Of a DNA stretch of 64,000 bases, positions 26,401 through 41,520 are shown piece by piece. The stretch lies in the NCBI GenBank assembly GCA_964057225.1, contig OZ059896.1, forward strand, positions 5,952,001-6,016,000. Direction: 5' to 3'. Source of the stretch: Auanema rhodensis. Taxonomy: Eukaryota; Animalia; Nematoda. Position 1 is the first letter of the stretch. The number at the start of each line of letters is the position of its first letter. The translations under genes and the position numbers were made by a program. A model generated the notes under the pieces. The model was not told the DNA's origin. It was given only the letters and a program-made list of their open reading frames with translations, and ran no database searches.

Positions 26401-28620
26401 TGTAACTCGCTTCACGTGAAAGATAAAAAGATGCGGTTATCAAAATTAGATTCCCCATGTCCATATTAGTCTAAAAACAAATTTTTATTCATATTGGTGC
26501 ATGGTAACCATAACTTTGAAATTTACGTGAACTTTAATTTATGCTAATTAAATATACACGTGATGTGCACTTGGTATGTAACTCGCTTCACGTGAAAGAT
26601 AAAGAGATGCGGTTTTCAAAATTAGATTCCCCATGTCCATATTAGTCTAAAAACGAATTTTTATTGATATTAGTGCATGGTAACCATGACTTTGAAATTT
26701 ACGTGAACTTTAATTTATGCTAATTAAATGTACACGTGATGTGCCCTTGGTATGTAACTCGCTTTACGTGAAAGATAAAGAGATGCGGTTTTCAAAATTA
26801 GATTCCCCATGTCCATATTAGTTTAAAAACAAATTTTTATTGATATTGGTGCATGGTAACCATAACTTTGAAATTTACGTGTACTTTAATTTATGCTAAT
26901 TAAATGTACACTTGATGTGCACTTGATATGTAACTCGCTTCACGTGAAAGATAAAAAGATGCGGTTTTCAAAATTAGATTCCCCATGTCCATATTAGTCT
27001 AAAAACAAATTTTAATTCATATTGGTGCATGGTAACCATGACTTTGAAATTTACGTGAACTTTAATTTATGCTAATTAAATGTACATGTGATGTGCACCT
27101 GGTATGTAACTCGCTTCACGTGAAAGATAAAAAGATGCGGTTATCAAAATTAGATTCCCCATGTCCATATTAGTCTAAAAACAAATTTTTATTCATATTG
27201 GTGCATGGTAACCATGACTTTGAAATTTACGTGAACTTTAATTTATGCTAATTAAATGTACACGTGATGTGCACTTGGTATGTAACTCGCTTCACGTGAA
27301 AGATAAAGAGATGCTGTTTTTAAAATTAGATTCCCCATGTCCATATTAGTCTAAAAACAAATTTTTATTGATATTGGTGCATGGTAACCATGACTTTGAA
27401 ATTTACGTGAACTTTAATTTATGCTAATTAAATATACACGTGATGTGCACTTGATATGTAACTCGCTTCACGTGAAAGATAAAGAGATGCGGTTTTCAAA
27501 ATTAGATTCCCCATGTCCATATTAGTCTAAAAACGAATTTTTATTCATATTGGTGCTTGGTAACCATGACTTTGAAATTTACGTGAACTTTAATTTATGA
27601 TAATTAAATATAAACGTGATGTGCACTTGGTATGTAACTCGCTTCACGTGGAAAATAAAGAGATGCGGTTTTCAAAATTAGATTCCCCATGTCCATATTA
27701 GTCTAAAAACAAATTTTTATTGATATTGGTGCATGGTAACCATGACTTTGAAATTTACGTGTACTTTAATTTATGCTAATTAAATGTACACGTGATGTGC
27801 ACTTGGTATGTAACTCGCTTCACGTGAAAGATAAAGAGATGCGGTTTTCAAAATTAGATTCCCCATTTCCATATTAGTCTAAAAACAAATTTTTATTGAT
27901 ATTGGTGCATGGTAACCATGACTTTGAATATTACGTGAACTTTAATTTATGCTAATTAAATGTACACGTGATGTGCACTTGGTATGTAACTTGCTTCACG
28001 TGAAAGATAAAGAGATGCGGTTTTCAAAATTAGATTCCCCATGTCCATATTAGTCTAAAAACAAATTTTTATTGATATTGGTGCATGGTAACCATGACTT
28101 TGAAATTCACGTGAACTTTAATTTATGCTAATTAAATGTAAACGTGATGTGCACTTGGTATGTAACTCGCTTCACGTGAAAGATAAAGAGATGCGGTTTT
28201 CAAAATTAGATTTCTCATGTCCATATTAGTCTTAAAACAAATTTTTATTGATATTGGTGCATGGTAACCATGACTTTGAAATTTACGTGAACTTTAATTT
28301 ATGCTAATTAAATGTACACGTGATGTGCCCTTGGTATGTAACTCGCTTTACGTGAAAGATAAAAAGATGCGGTTTTCAAAATTAGATTCCCCATGTCCAT
28401 ATTAGTCTAAAAACAAATTTTAATTCATATTGGTGCATGGTAACCATGACTTTGAAATTTACGTGAACTTTAATTTATGCTAATTAATTGTACACTTGAT
28501 GTGCACTTGATATGTAACTCGCTTCACGTGAAAGATAAAAAGATGCGGTTTTCAAAATTAGATTCCCCATGTCCATATTAGTCTAAAAACAAATTTTAAT
28601 TCATATTGGTTCATGGTAAC

Positions 28621-28680
28621 CATGACTTTGAAATTTACGTGAACGATGTGCACTTGGTATGTAACTTGCTTCACGTGAAA
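28621..28680 (+). repeat. Monomer with a 29-bp deletion (147-bp unit)
   Basis: tttacgtgaac|gatgtgcac at 28644/28645 lacks tttaatttatgctaattaaatgtacacgt, and the array phase shifts by 29. Confidence 0.95.
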
Positions 28681-31600
28681 GATAAAGAGATGCGGTTTTC
28701 AAAATTAGATTCCCCATGTCCATATTAGTCTAAAAACAAATTTTTGTTGATATTGGTGCATGGTAACCATGACTTTGAAATTTACGTGAACTTTAATTTA
28801 TGCTAATTAAATGTAAACGTGATGTGCACTTGGTATGTAACTCGCTTCACGTGAAAGATAAAGAGATGCGGTTTTCAAAATTAGATTTCTCATGTCCATA
28901 TTAGTCTTAAAACAAATTTTTATTGATATTGGTGCATGGTAACCATGACTTTGAAATTTACGTGAACTTTAATTTATGCTAATTAAATGTACACGTGATG
29001 TGCCCTTGGTATGTAACTCGCTTTACGTGAAAGATAAAAAGATGCGGTTTTCAAAATTAGATTCCCCATGTCCATATTAGTCTAAAAACAATTTTTTATT
29101 AATATTGGTGCATGGTAACCATGACTTTGAAATTTACGTGAACTTTAATTTATGCTAATTAAATGTACACTTGATGTGCACTTGGTATGTAACTCGCTTC
29201 ACGTGAAAGATAAAAAGATGCGGTTTTCAAAATTAGATTCCCCATGTCCATATTAGTCTAAAAACAAATTTTAATTCATATTGGTGCATGGTAACCATGA
29301 CTTTGAAATTTACGTGAACTTTAATTTATGCTAATTAAATGTACACGTGATGTGCACTTGGTATGTAACTCGCTTTACGTGAAAGATAAAGAGATGCGGT
29401 TTTCAAAATTAGATTCCCCATGTCCATATTAGTCTAAAAACAAATTTTTATTAATATTGGTGCATGGTAACCATGACTTTGAAATTTACGTGAACTTTAA
29501 TTTATGCTAATTAATTGTACACTTGATGTGCACTTGATATGTAACTCGCTTCACGTGAAAGATAAAAAGATGCGGTTTTCAAAATTAGATTCCCCATGTC
29601 CATATTAGTCTAAAAACAAATTTTAATTCATATTGGTGCATGGTAACCATGACTTTGAAATTTACGTGAACTTTAATTTATGCTAATTAAATGTACACGT
29701 GATGTGCCCTTGGTATGTAACTCGCTTTACGTGAAAGATAAAAAGATGCGGTTTTCAAAATTAGATTCCCCATGTCCATATTAGTCTAAAAACAAATTTT
29801 TATTAATATTGGTGCATGGTAACCATGACTTTGAAATTTACGTGAACTTTAATTTATGCTAATTAAATGTACACTTGATGTGCACTTGGTATGTAACTCG
29901 CTTCACGTGAAAGATAAAAAGATGCGGTTTTCAAAATTAGATTCCCCATGTCCATATTAGTCTAAAAACAAATTTTAATTCATATTGGTGCATGGTAACC
30001 ATGACTTTGAAATTTACGTGAACTTTAATTTATGCTAATTAAATGTACACGTGATGTGCACTTGGTATGTAACTCGCTTTACGTGAAAGATAAAGAGATG
30101 CGGTTTTCAAAATTAGATTCCCCATGTCCATATTAGTCTAAAAACAAATTTTTATTAATATTGGTGCATGGTAACCATGACTTTGAAATTTACGTGAACT
30201 TTAATTTATGCTAATTAATTGTACACTTGATGTGCACTTGATATGTAACTCGCTTCACGTGAAAGATAAAAAGATGCGGTTTTCAAAATTAGATTCCCCA
30301 TGTCCATATTAGTCTAAAAACAAATTTTAATTCATATTGGTGCATGGTAACCATGACTTTGAAATTTACGTGAACTTTAATTTATGCTAATTAAATGTAC
30401 ACGTGATGTGCACTTGGTATGTAACTCGCTTTACGTGAAAGATAAAGAGATGCGGTTTTCAAAATTAGATTCCCCATGTCCATATTAGTCTAAAAACAAA
30501 TTTTAATTCATATTGGTGCATGGTAACCATGACTTTGAAATTTACGTGAACTTTAATTTATGCTAATTAAATGTACACTTGATGTGCACTTGGTATGTAA
30601 CTCGCTTCACGTGAAAGATAAAAAGATGCGGTTTTCAAAATTAGATTCCCCATGTCCATATTAGTCTAAAAACAAATTTTAATTCATATTGGTGCATGGT
30701 AACCATGACTTTGAAATTTACGTGAACTTTAATTTATGCTAATTAAATGTACACGTGATGTGCCCTTGGTATGTAACTCGCTTTACGTGAAAGATAAAGA
30801 GATGCGGTTTTCAAAATTAGATTCCCCATGTCCATATTAGTCTAAAAACAAATTTTTATTGATATTGGTGCATGGTAACCATGACTTTGAATATTACGTG
30901 AACTTTAATTTATGCTAATTAAATGTACACGTGATGTGCACTTGGTATGTAACTTGCTTCACGTGAAAGATAAAGAGATGCGGTTTTCAAAATTAGATTC
31001 CCCATGTCCATATTAGTCTAAAAACAAATTTTTATTAATATTGGTGCATGGTAACCATGACTTTGAAATTTACGTGAACTTTAATTTATGCTAATTAATT
31101 GTACACTTGATGTGCACTTGATATGTAACTCGCTTCACGTGAAAGATAAAAAGATGCGGTTTTCAAAATTAGATTCCCCATGTCCATATTAGTCTAAAAA
31201 CAAATTTTAATTCATATTGGTGCATGGTAACCATGACTTTGAAATTTACGTGAACTTTAATTTATGCTAATGAAATGTACACGTGATGTGCACTTGGTAT
31301 GTAACTCGCTTCACGTGAAAGAAAAAAAGATAAGGTTTTTAAAATTAGATTCCCCATGTCCATATTAGTCTAAAAACAAATTTTAATTCATATTGGTGCA
31401 TGGTAACCATGACTTTGAAATTTACGTGAACTTTAATTTATGCTAATTAAATGTACATGTGATGTGCACCTGGTATGTAACTCGCTTCACGTGAAAGATA
31501 AAAAGATGCGGTTTTCAAAATTAGATTCCCCATGTCCATATTAGTCTAAAAACAAATTTTTATTGATATTGGTGCATGGTAACCATGACTTTGAAATTTA

Positions 31601-34600
31601 CGTGAACATTAATTTATGCTAATTAAATATACACGTGATGTGCACTTGGTATGTAACTCGCTTCACGTGAAAGATAAAGAGATGCGGTTTTCAAAATTAG
31701 ATTCCCCATGTCCATATTAGTCTAAAAACGAATTTTTATTGATATTGGTGCATGGTAACCATGATTTTGAAATTTACGTGAACTTTAATTTATGCTAATT
31801 AAATGTACATGTGATGTGCACTTGGTATGTAACTCGCTTCACGTGAAAGATAAAGAGATGCGGTTTTCAAAATTAGATTCCCCATGTCCATATTAGTCTA
31901 AAAACGAATTTTTATTGATATTGGTGCATGGTAACCATGATTTTGAAATTTACGTGAACTTTAATTTATGCTAATTAAATGTACATGTGATGTGCACCTG
32001 GTATGTAACTCGCTTCACGTGAAAGACAAAAAAATAAGGTTTTCAAAATTAGATTCCCCATGTCCATATTAGTCTAAAAACGAATTTTTATTCATATTGG
32101 TGCTTGGTAACCATGACTTTGAAATTTACGTGAACTTTAATTTATGCTAATTAAATATAAACGTGATGTGCACTTGGTATGTAACTCGCTTCACGCGGAA
32201 AATGAAGAGATGCGGTTTTCAAAATTAGATTCCCCATGTCCATATTAGTCTAAAAACAAATTTTTATTGATATTGGTGCATGGTAACCATGACTTTGAAA
32301 TTTACGTGAACTTTAATTTATGCTAATTAAATGTACACTTGATGTGCACTTGATATGTAACTCGCTTCACGTGAAAGATAAAAAGATGCGGTTTTCAAAA
32401 TTAGATTCCCCATGTCCATATTAGTCTAAAAACAAATTTTAATTCATATTGGTGCATGGTAACCATGACTTTGAAATTTACGTGAACTTTAATTTATGCT
32501 AATTAAATGTACATGTGGTGTGCACCTGGTATGTAACTCGCTTCACGTGAAAGATAAAAAGATGCGGTTTTTAAAATTAGATTCCCCATGTCCATATTAG
32601 TCGAAAAACAAATTTTTATTCATATTGGTGCATGGTAACCATGACTTTGAAATTTACGTGAACTTTAATTTATGCTAATTAAATGTACACGTGATGTGCA
32701 CTTGGTATGTAACTCGCTTCACGTGAAAGATAAAGAGATGCTGTTTTTAAAATTAGATTCCCCATGTCCATATTAGTCTAAAAACAAATTTTTATTGATA
32801 TTGGTGCATGGTAACCATGACTTTGAAATTTACGTGAACATTAATTTATGCTAATTAAATATACACGTGATGTGCACTTGGTATGTAACTCGCTTCACGT
32901 GAAAGATAAAGAGATGCGGTTTTCAAAATTAGATTCCCCATGTCCATATTAGTCTAAAAACGAATTTTTATTGATATTGGTGCATGGTAACCATGATTTT
33001 GAAATTTACGTGAACTTTAATTTATGCTAATTAAATGTACATGTGATGTGCACTTGGTATGTAACTCGCTTCACGCGGAAAATAAAGAGATGCGGTTTTC
33101 AAAATTAGATTCCCCATGTCCATATTAGTCTAAAAACAAATTTTTATTGATATTGGTGCATGGTAACCATGACTTTGAAATTTACGTGAACTTTAATTTA
33201 TGCTAATTAAATGTACACGTGATGTGCACTTGGTATGTCACTCGCTTCACGTGAAAGATGAAGAGATGCGGTTTTCAAAATTAGATTCCCCATGTCCATA
33301 TTAGTCTAAAAACAAATTTTTATTGATATTGGTGCATGGTAACCATGACTTTGAAATTTACGTGTACTTTAATTTATGCTAATTAAACGTACACGTGATG
33401 TGCACTTGGTATGTAACTCGCTTCACGTGAAAGATAAAGAGATGCGGTTTTCAAAATTAGATTCCCCATGTCCATAATAGTCTAAAAACAAATTTTTATT
33501 GATATTGGTTCATGGTAACCATGACTTTGAAATTTACGTGAACTTTAATTTATGCTAATTAAATGTACACGTGATGTGCACTTGGTATGTAACTCGCTTC
33601 ACGTGAAAGATAAAGAGATGCGGTTTTCAAAATTAGATTCCCCATTTCCATATTAGTCTAAAAACAAATTTTTATTGATATTGGTGCATGGTAACCATGA
33701 CTTTGAAATTTACGTGAACTTTAATTTATGCTAATTAAATGTGCACGTGTTGTGCACTTGGTATGTAACTCGCTTCACGTGAAAGATAAAGAGATGCGGT
33801 TTTCAAAATTAGATTTCTCATGTCCATATTAGTCTTAAAACAAATTTTTATTGATATTGGTGCATGGTAACCATGACTTTGAAATTTACGTGAACTTTAA
33901 TTTATGCTAATTAAATGTACACGTGATGTGCACTTGGTATGTCACTCGCTTCACGTGAAAGATGAAGAGATGCGGTTTTCAAAATTAGATTCCCCATGTC
34001 CATATTAATCTAAAAACAAATTTTTATTGATATTGGTGCATGTTAACCATGACTTTAAAATTTACGTGTACTTTAATTTATGCTAATTAAATGTACACGT
34101 GATGTGCACTTGGTATGTAACTCGCTTCACGTGAAAGATAAAGAGATGCGGTTTTCAAAATTAGATTCCCCATGTCCATATTAGTCTAAAAACAAATTTT
34201 TATTGATATTGGTGCATGGTAACCATGACTTTGAAATTTACGTGAACTTTAATTTATGCTAATTAAATGTACACGTGATGTGCACTTGGTATGTCACTCG
34301 CTTCACGTGAAAGATGAAGAGATGCGGTTTTCAAAATTAGATTCCCCATGTCCATATTAGTCTAAAAACAAATTTTTATTGATATTGGTGCATGGTAACC
34401 ATGACTTTGAAATTTACGTGTACTTTAATTTATGCTAATTAAACGTACACGTGATGTGCACTTGGTATGTAACTCGCTTCACGTGAAATATAAAGAGATG
34501 CGGTTTTCAAAATTAGATTCCCCATGTCCATATTAGTCTAAAAACAAATTTTTATTGATATTGGTTCATGGTAACCATGACTTTGAAATTTACGTGAACT

Positions 34601-34800
34601 TTAATTTATGCTAATTAAAAGTACACGTGATGTGCACTTGGTATGTAACTCGCTTCACGTGAAAGATAAAGAGATGCGGTTTTCACAATTAGATTCCCCA
34701 TGTCCATATTAGTCTAAAAACAAATTTTTATTGATATTGGTGCATGGTAACCATGACTTTGAAATTTACGTGAACTTTAATTTATGCTAATTAAATGTAC

Positions 34801-34860
34801 ACGTGATGTGCACTTGGTATGTAACTCGCTTCAGTTTTCAAAATTAGATTCCCCATGTCC
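34801..34860 (+). repeat. Monomer with a 21-bp deletion (155-bp unit), copy 1
   Basis: ctcgcttca|gttttcaaaa at 34833/34834 lacks cgtgaaagataaagagatgcg. Confidence 0.95.
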
Positions 34861-37800
34861 ATATCAGTCTAAAAACAAATTTTTATTGATATTGGTGCAT
34901 GGTAACCATGACTTTGAAATTTACGTGAACTTTAATTTATGCTAATTAAATGTACACGTGATGTGCACTTGGTATGTAACTCGCTTCACGTGACAGATAA
35001 AGAGATGCGGTTTTCAAAATCAGATTCCCCATGTCCATATTAGTCTAAAAACAAATTTTTATTGATATTGGTGCATGGTAACCATGACTTTGAAATTTAC
35101 GTGAACTTTAATTTATGCTAATTAAATGTACATGTGATGTGCACCTGGTATGTAACTCGCTTCACGTGAAAGATAAAAAGATGCGGTTTTCAAAATTAGA
35201 TTCCCCATGTCCATATTAGTCTAAAAACAAATTTTTATTCATATTGGTGCTTGGTAACCATGACTTTGAAATTTACGTGAACTTTAATTTATGCTAATTA
35301 AATATAAACGTGATGTGCACTTGGTATGTAACTCGCTTCACGTGGAAAATAAAGAGATGCGGTTTTCAAAATTAGATTCCCCATGTCCATATTAGTCTAA
35401 AAACAAATTTTTATTGATATTGGTGCATGGTAACCATGACTTTGAAATTTACGTGAACTTTAATTTATGCTAATTAAATGTACATGTGATGTGCACCTGG
35501 TATGTAACTCGCTTCACGTGAAAGATAAAAAGATGCGGTTTTCAAAATTAGATTCCCCATGTCCATATTAGTCTAAAAACAAATTTTTATTGATATTGGT
35601 GCATGGTAACCATGACTTTGAAATTTACGTGAACTTTAATTTATGCTAATTAAATATAAACGTGATGTGCACTTGGTATGTAACTCGCTTCACGTGAAAG
35701 ATGAAGAGATGCGGTTTTCAAAATTAGATTCCCCATGTCCATATTAGTCTAAAAACAAATTTTTATTGATATTGGTGCATGGTAACCATGACTTTGAAAT
35801 TTACGTGTACTTTAATTTATGCTAATTAAATGTACACGTGATGTGCACTTGGTATGTAACTCGCTTCACGTGAAAGATAAAGAGATGCGGTTTTCAAAAT
35901 TAGATTCCCCATGTCCATATTAGTCTAAAAACAAATTTTTATTGATATTGGTGCATGGTAACCATGACTTTGAATATTACGTGAACTTTAATTTATGCTA
36001 ATTAAATGTACACGTGATGTGCACTTGGTATGTAACTTGCTTCACGTGAAAGATAAAGAGATGCGGTTTTCAAAATTAGATTCCCCATGTCCATATTAGT
36101 CTAAAAACAAATTTTTATTCATATTGGTGCATGGTAACCATGACTTTGAAATTTACGTGAACTTTAATTTATGCTAATTAAATGTAGACGTGATGTGCAC
36201 TTGGTATGTAACTCGCTTCACGTGAAAGATAAAGAGATGCTGTTTTTAAAATTAGATTCCCCATGTCCATATTAGTCTAAAAACAAATTTTTATTGATAT
36301 TGGTGCATGGTAACCATGACTTTGAAATTTACGTGAACATTAATTTATGCTAATTAAATATACACGTGATGTGCACTTGGTATGTAACTCGCTTCACGTG
36401 AAAGATAAAGAGATGCTGTTTTTAAAATTAGATTCCCCATGTCCATATTAGTCTAAAAACAAATTTTTATTCATATTGGTGCATGGTAACCATGACTTTG
36501 AAATTTACGTGAACTTTAATTTATGCTAATTAAATGTACACGTGATGTGCACTTGGTATGTAACTCGCTTCACGTGAAAGATAAAGAGATGCTGTTTTTA
36601 AAATTAGATTCCCCATGTCCATATTAGTCTAAAAACGAATTTTTATTGATATTGGTGCATGGTAACCATGATTTTGAAATTTACGTGAACTTTAATTTAT
36701 GCTAATTAAATGTACATGTGATGTGCACCTGGTATGTAACTCGCTTCACGTGAAAGACAAAAAAATAAGGTTTTCAAAATTAGATTCCCCATGTCCATAT
36801 TAGTCTAAAAACGAATTTTTATTCATATTGGTGCTTGGTAACCATGACTTTGAAATTTACGTGAACTTTAATTTATGCTAATTAAATATAAACGTGATGT
36901 GCACTTGGTATGTAACTCGCTTCACGCGGAAAATGAAGAGATGCGGTTTTCAAAATTAGATTCCCCATGTCCATATTAGTCTAAAAACAAATTTTTATTG
37001 ATATTGGTGCATGGTAACCATGACTTTGAAATTTACGTGAACTTTAATTTATGCTAATTAAATGTACACGTGATGTGCACTTGATATGTAACTCGCTTCA
37101 CGTGAAAGATAAAAAGATGCGGTTTTCAAAATTAGATTCCCCATGTCCATATTAGTCTAAAAACAAATTTTAATTCATATTGGTGCATGGTAACCATGAC
37201 TTTGAAATTTACGTGAACTTTAATTTATGCTAATTAAATGTACATGTGGTGTGCACCTGGTATGTAACTCGCTTCACGTGAAAGATAAAAAGATGCGGTT
37301 TTCAAAATTAGATTCCCCATGTCCATATTAGTCGAAAAACAAATTTTTATTCATATTGGTGCATGGTAACCATGACTTTGAAATTTACGTGAACTTTAAT
37401 TTATGCTAATTAAATGTACACGTGATGTGCACTTGATATGTAACTCGCTTCACGTGAAAGATAAAAAGATGCGGTTTTCAAAATTAGATTCCCCATGTCC
37501 ATATTAGTCTAAAAACAAATTTTAATTCATATTGGTGCATGGTAACCATGACTTTGAAATTTACGTGAACTTTAATTTATGCTAATTAAATGTACATGTG
37601 GTGTGCACCTGGTATGTAACTCGCTTCACGTGAAAGATAAAAAGATGCGGTTTTCAAAATTAGATTCCCCATGTCCATATTAGTCGAAAAACAAATTTTT
37701 ATTCATATTGGTGCATGGTAACCATGACTTTGAAATTTACGTGAACTTTAATTTATGCTAATTAAATGTACACGTGATGTGCACTTGGTATGTAACTCGC

Positions 37801-40800
37801 TTCACGTGAAAGATAAAGAGATGCTGTTTTTAAAATTAGATTCCCCATGTCCATATTAGTCTAAAAACAAATTTTTATTGATATTGGTGCATGGTAACCA
37901 TGACTTTGAAATTTACGTGAACATTAATTTATGCTAATTAAATATACACGTGATGTGCACTTGGTATGTAACTCGCTTCACGTGAAAGATAAAGAGATGC
38001 GGTTTTCAAAATTAGATTCCCCATGTCCATATTAGTCTAAAAACGAATTTTTATTGATATTGGTGCATGGTAACCATGATTTTGAAATTTACGTGAACTT
38101 TAATTTATGCTAATTAAATGTACATGTGATGTGCACTTGGTATGTAACTCGCTTCACGTGAAAGATAAAGAGATGCGGTTTTCAAAATTAGATTCCCCAT
38201 GTCCATATTAGTCTAAAAACGAATTTTTATTGATATTGGTGCATGGTAACCATGATTTTGAAATTTACGTGAACTTTAATTTATGCTAATTAAATGTACA
38301 TGTGATGTGCACCTGGTATGTAACTCGCTTCACGTGAAAGACAAAAAAATAAGGTTTTCAAAATTAGATTCCCCATGTCCATATTAGTCTAAAAACGAAT
38401 TTTTATTCATATTGGTGCTTGGTAACCATGACTTTGAAATTTACGTGAACTTTAATTTATGCTAATTAAATATAAACGTGATGTGCACTTGGTATGTAAC
38501 TCGCTTCACGCGGAAAATAAAGAGATGCGGTTTTCAAAATTAGATTCCCCATGTCCATATTAGTCTAAAAACAAATTTTTATTGATATTGGTGCATGGTA
38601 ACCATGACTTTGAAATTTACGTGAACTTTAATTTATGCTAATTAAATGTACACGTGATGTGCACTTGGTATGTCACTCGCTTCACGTGAAAGATGAAGAG
38701 ATGCGGTTTTCAAAATTAGATTCCCCATGTCCAAATTAGTCTAAAAACAAATTTTTATTGATATTGGTGCATGGTAACCATGACTTTGAAATTTACGGGT
38801 ACTTTAATTTATGCTAATTAAACGTACACGTGATGTGCACTTGGTATGTAACTCGCTTCACGTGAAAGATAAAGAGATGCGGTTTTCAAAATTAGATTCC
38901 CCATGTCCATATTAGTCTAAAAACAAATTTTTATTGATATTGGTTCATGGTAACCATGACTTTGAAATTTACGTGAACTTTAATTTATGCTAATTAAATG
39001 TACACGTGATGTGCACTTGGTATGTAACTCGCTTCACGTGAAAGATAAAGAGATGCGGTTTTCAAAATTAGATTCCCCATTTCCATATTAGTCTAAAAAC
39101 AAATTTTTATTGATATTGGTGCATGGTAACCATGACTTTGAAATTTACGTGAACTTTAATTTATGCTAATTAAATGTGCACGTGATGTGCACTTGGTATG
39201 TAACTCGCTTCACGTGAAAGATAAAGAGATGCGGTTTTCAAAATTAGATTTCTCATGTCCATATTAGTCTTAAAACAAATTTTTATTGATATTGGTGCAT
39301 GGTAACCATGACTTTGAAATTTACGTGAACTTTAATTTATGCTAATTAAATGTACACGTGATGTGCACTTGGTATGTCACTCGCTTCACGTGAAAGATGA
39401 AGAGATGCGGTTTTCAAAATTAGATTCCCCATGTCCATATTAATCTAAAAACAAATTTTTATTGATATTGGTGCATGGTAACCATGACTTTAAAATTTAC
39501 GTGTACTTTAATTTATGCTAATTAAATGTACACGTGATGTGCACTTGGTATGTAACTCGCTTCACGTGAAAGATAAAGAGATGCGGTTTTCAAAATTAGA
39601 TTCCCCATGTCCATATTAGTCTAAAAACAAATTTTTATTGATATTGGTGCATGGTAACCATGACTTTGAAATTTACGTGAACTTTAATTTATGCTAATTA
39701 AATGTAGACGTGATGTGCACTTGGTATGTAACTCGCTTCACGTGAAAGATAAAGAGATGCGGTTTTCAAAATTAGATTCCCCATGTCCATATTAGTCTAA
39801 AAACAAATTTTTATTGATATTGGTTCATGGTAACCATGACTTTGAAATTTACGTGAACTTTAATTTATGCTAATTAAATGTACACGTGATGTGCACTTGG
39901 TATGTAACTCGCTTCACGTGAAAGATAAAGAGATGCGGTTTTCAAAATTAGATTCCCCATTTCCATATTAGTCTAAAAACAAATTTTTATTGATATTGGT
40001 GCATGGTAACCATGACTTTGAAATTTACGTGAACTTTAATTTATGCTAATTAAATGTGCACGTGATGTGCACTTGGTATGTAACTCGCTTCACGTGAAAG
40101 ATAAAGAGATGCGGTTTTCAAAATTAGATTTCTCATGTCCATATTAGTCTTAAAACAAATTTTTATTGATATTGGTGCATGGTAACCATGACTTTGAAAT
40201 TTACGTGAACTTTAATTTATGCTAATTAAATGTACACGTGATGTGCACTTGGTATGTCACTCGCTTCACGTGAAAGATGAAGAGATGCGGTTTTCAAAAT
40301 TAGATTCCCCATGTCCATATTAATCTAAAAACAAATTTTTATTGATATTGGTGCATGGTAACCATGACTTTAAAATTTACGTGTACTTTAATTTATGCTA
40401 ATTAAATGTACACGTGATGTGCACTTGGTATGTAACTCGCTTCACGTGAAAGATAAAGAGATGCGGTTTTCAAAATTAGATTCCCCATGTCCATATTAGT
40501 CTAAAAACAAATTTTTATTGATATTGGTGCATGGTAACCATGACTTTGAAATTTACGTGAACTTTAATTTATGCTAATTAAATGTACACGTGATGTGCAC
40601 TTGGTATGTCACTCGCTTCACGTGAAAGATGAAGAGATGCGGTTTTCAAAATTAGATTCCCCATGTCCATATTAGTCTAAAAACAAATTTTTATTGATAT
40701 TGGTGCATGGTAACCATGACTTTGAAATTTACGTGTACTTTAATTTATGCTAATTAAACGTACACGTGATGTGCACTTGGTATGTAACTCGCTTCACGTG

Positions 40801-41460
40801 AAAGATAAAGAGATGCGGTTTTCAAAATTAGATTCCCCATGTCCATATTAGTCTAAAAACAAATTTTTATTGATATTGGTTCATGGTAACCATGACTTTG
40901 AAATTTACGTGAACTTTAATTTATGCTAATTAAATGTACACGTGATGTGCACTTGGTATGTAACTCGCTTCACGTGAAAGATAAAGAGATGCGGTTTTCA
41001 AAATTAGATTCCCCATGTCCATATTAATCTAAAAACAAATTTTTATTGATATTGGTGCATGGTAACCATGACTTTAAAATTTACGTGTACTTTAATTTAT
41101 GCTAATTAAATGTACACGTGATGTGCACTTGGTATGTAACTCGCTTCACGTGAAAGATAAAGAGATGCGGTTTTCAAAATTAGAGTCCCCATTTCCATAT
41201 TAGTCTAAAAACAAATTTTTATTGATATTGGTGCATGGTAACCATGACTTTGATATTTACGTGAACTTTAATTTATGCTAATTAAAAGTACACGTGATGT
41301 GCACTTGGTATGTAACTCGCTTCACGTGAAAGATAAAGAGATGCGGTTTTCACAATTAGATTCCCCATGTCCATATTAGTCTAAAAACAAATTTTTATTG
41401 ATATTGGTGCATGGTAACCATGACTTTGAAATTTACGTGAACTTTAATTTATGCTAATTA

Positions 41461-41520
41461 AATGTACACGTGATGTGCACTTGGTATGTAACTCGCTTCA
41501 GTTTTCAAAATTAGATTCCC
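41461..41520 (+). repeat. Monomer with a 21-bp deletion (155-bp unit), copy 2
   Basis: The same deletion junction occurs at 41500/41501 with the same flanking private variants as at 34833. Confidence 0.95.

Noticed and set aside
28621-28800. Deleted monomer is exactly 147 bp (nucleosome core length)
   Set aside because: It is a single occurrence that has not been amplified, so it is most likely coincidence.
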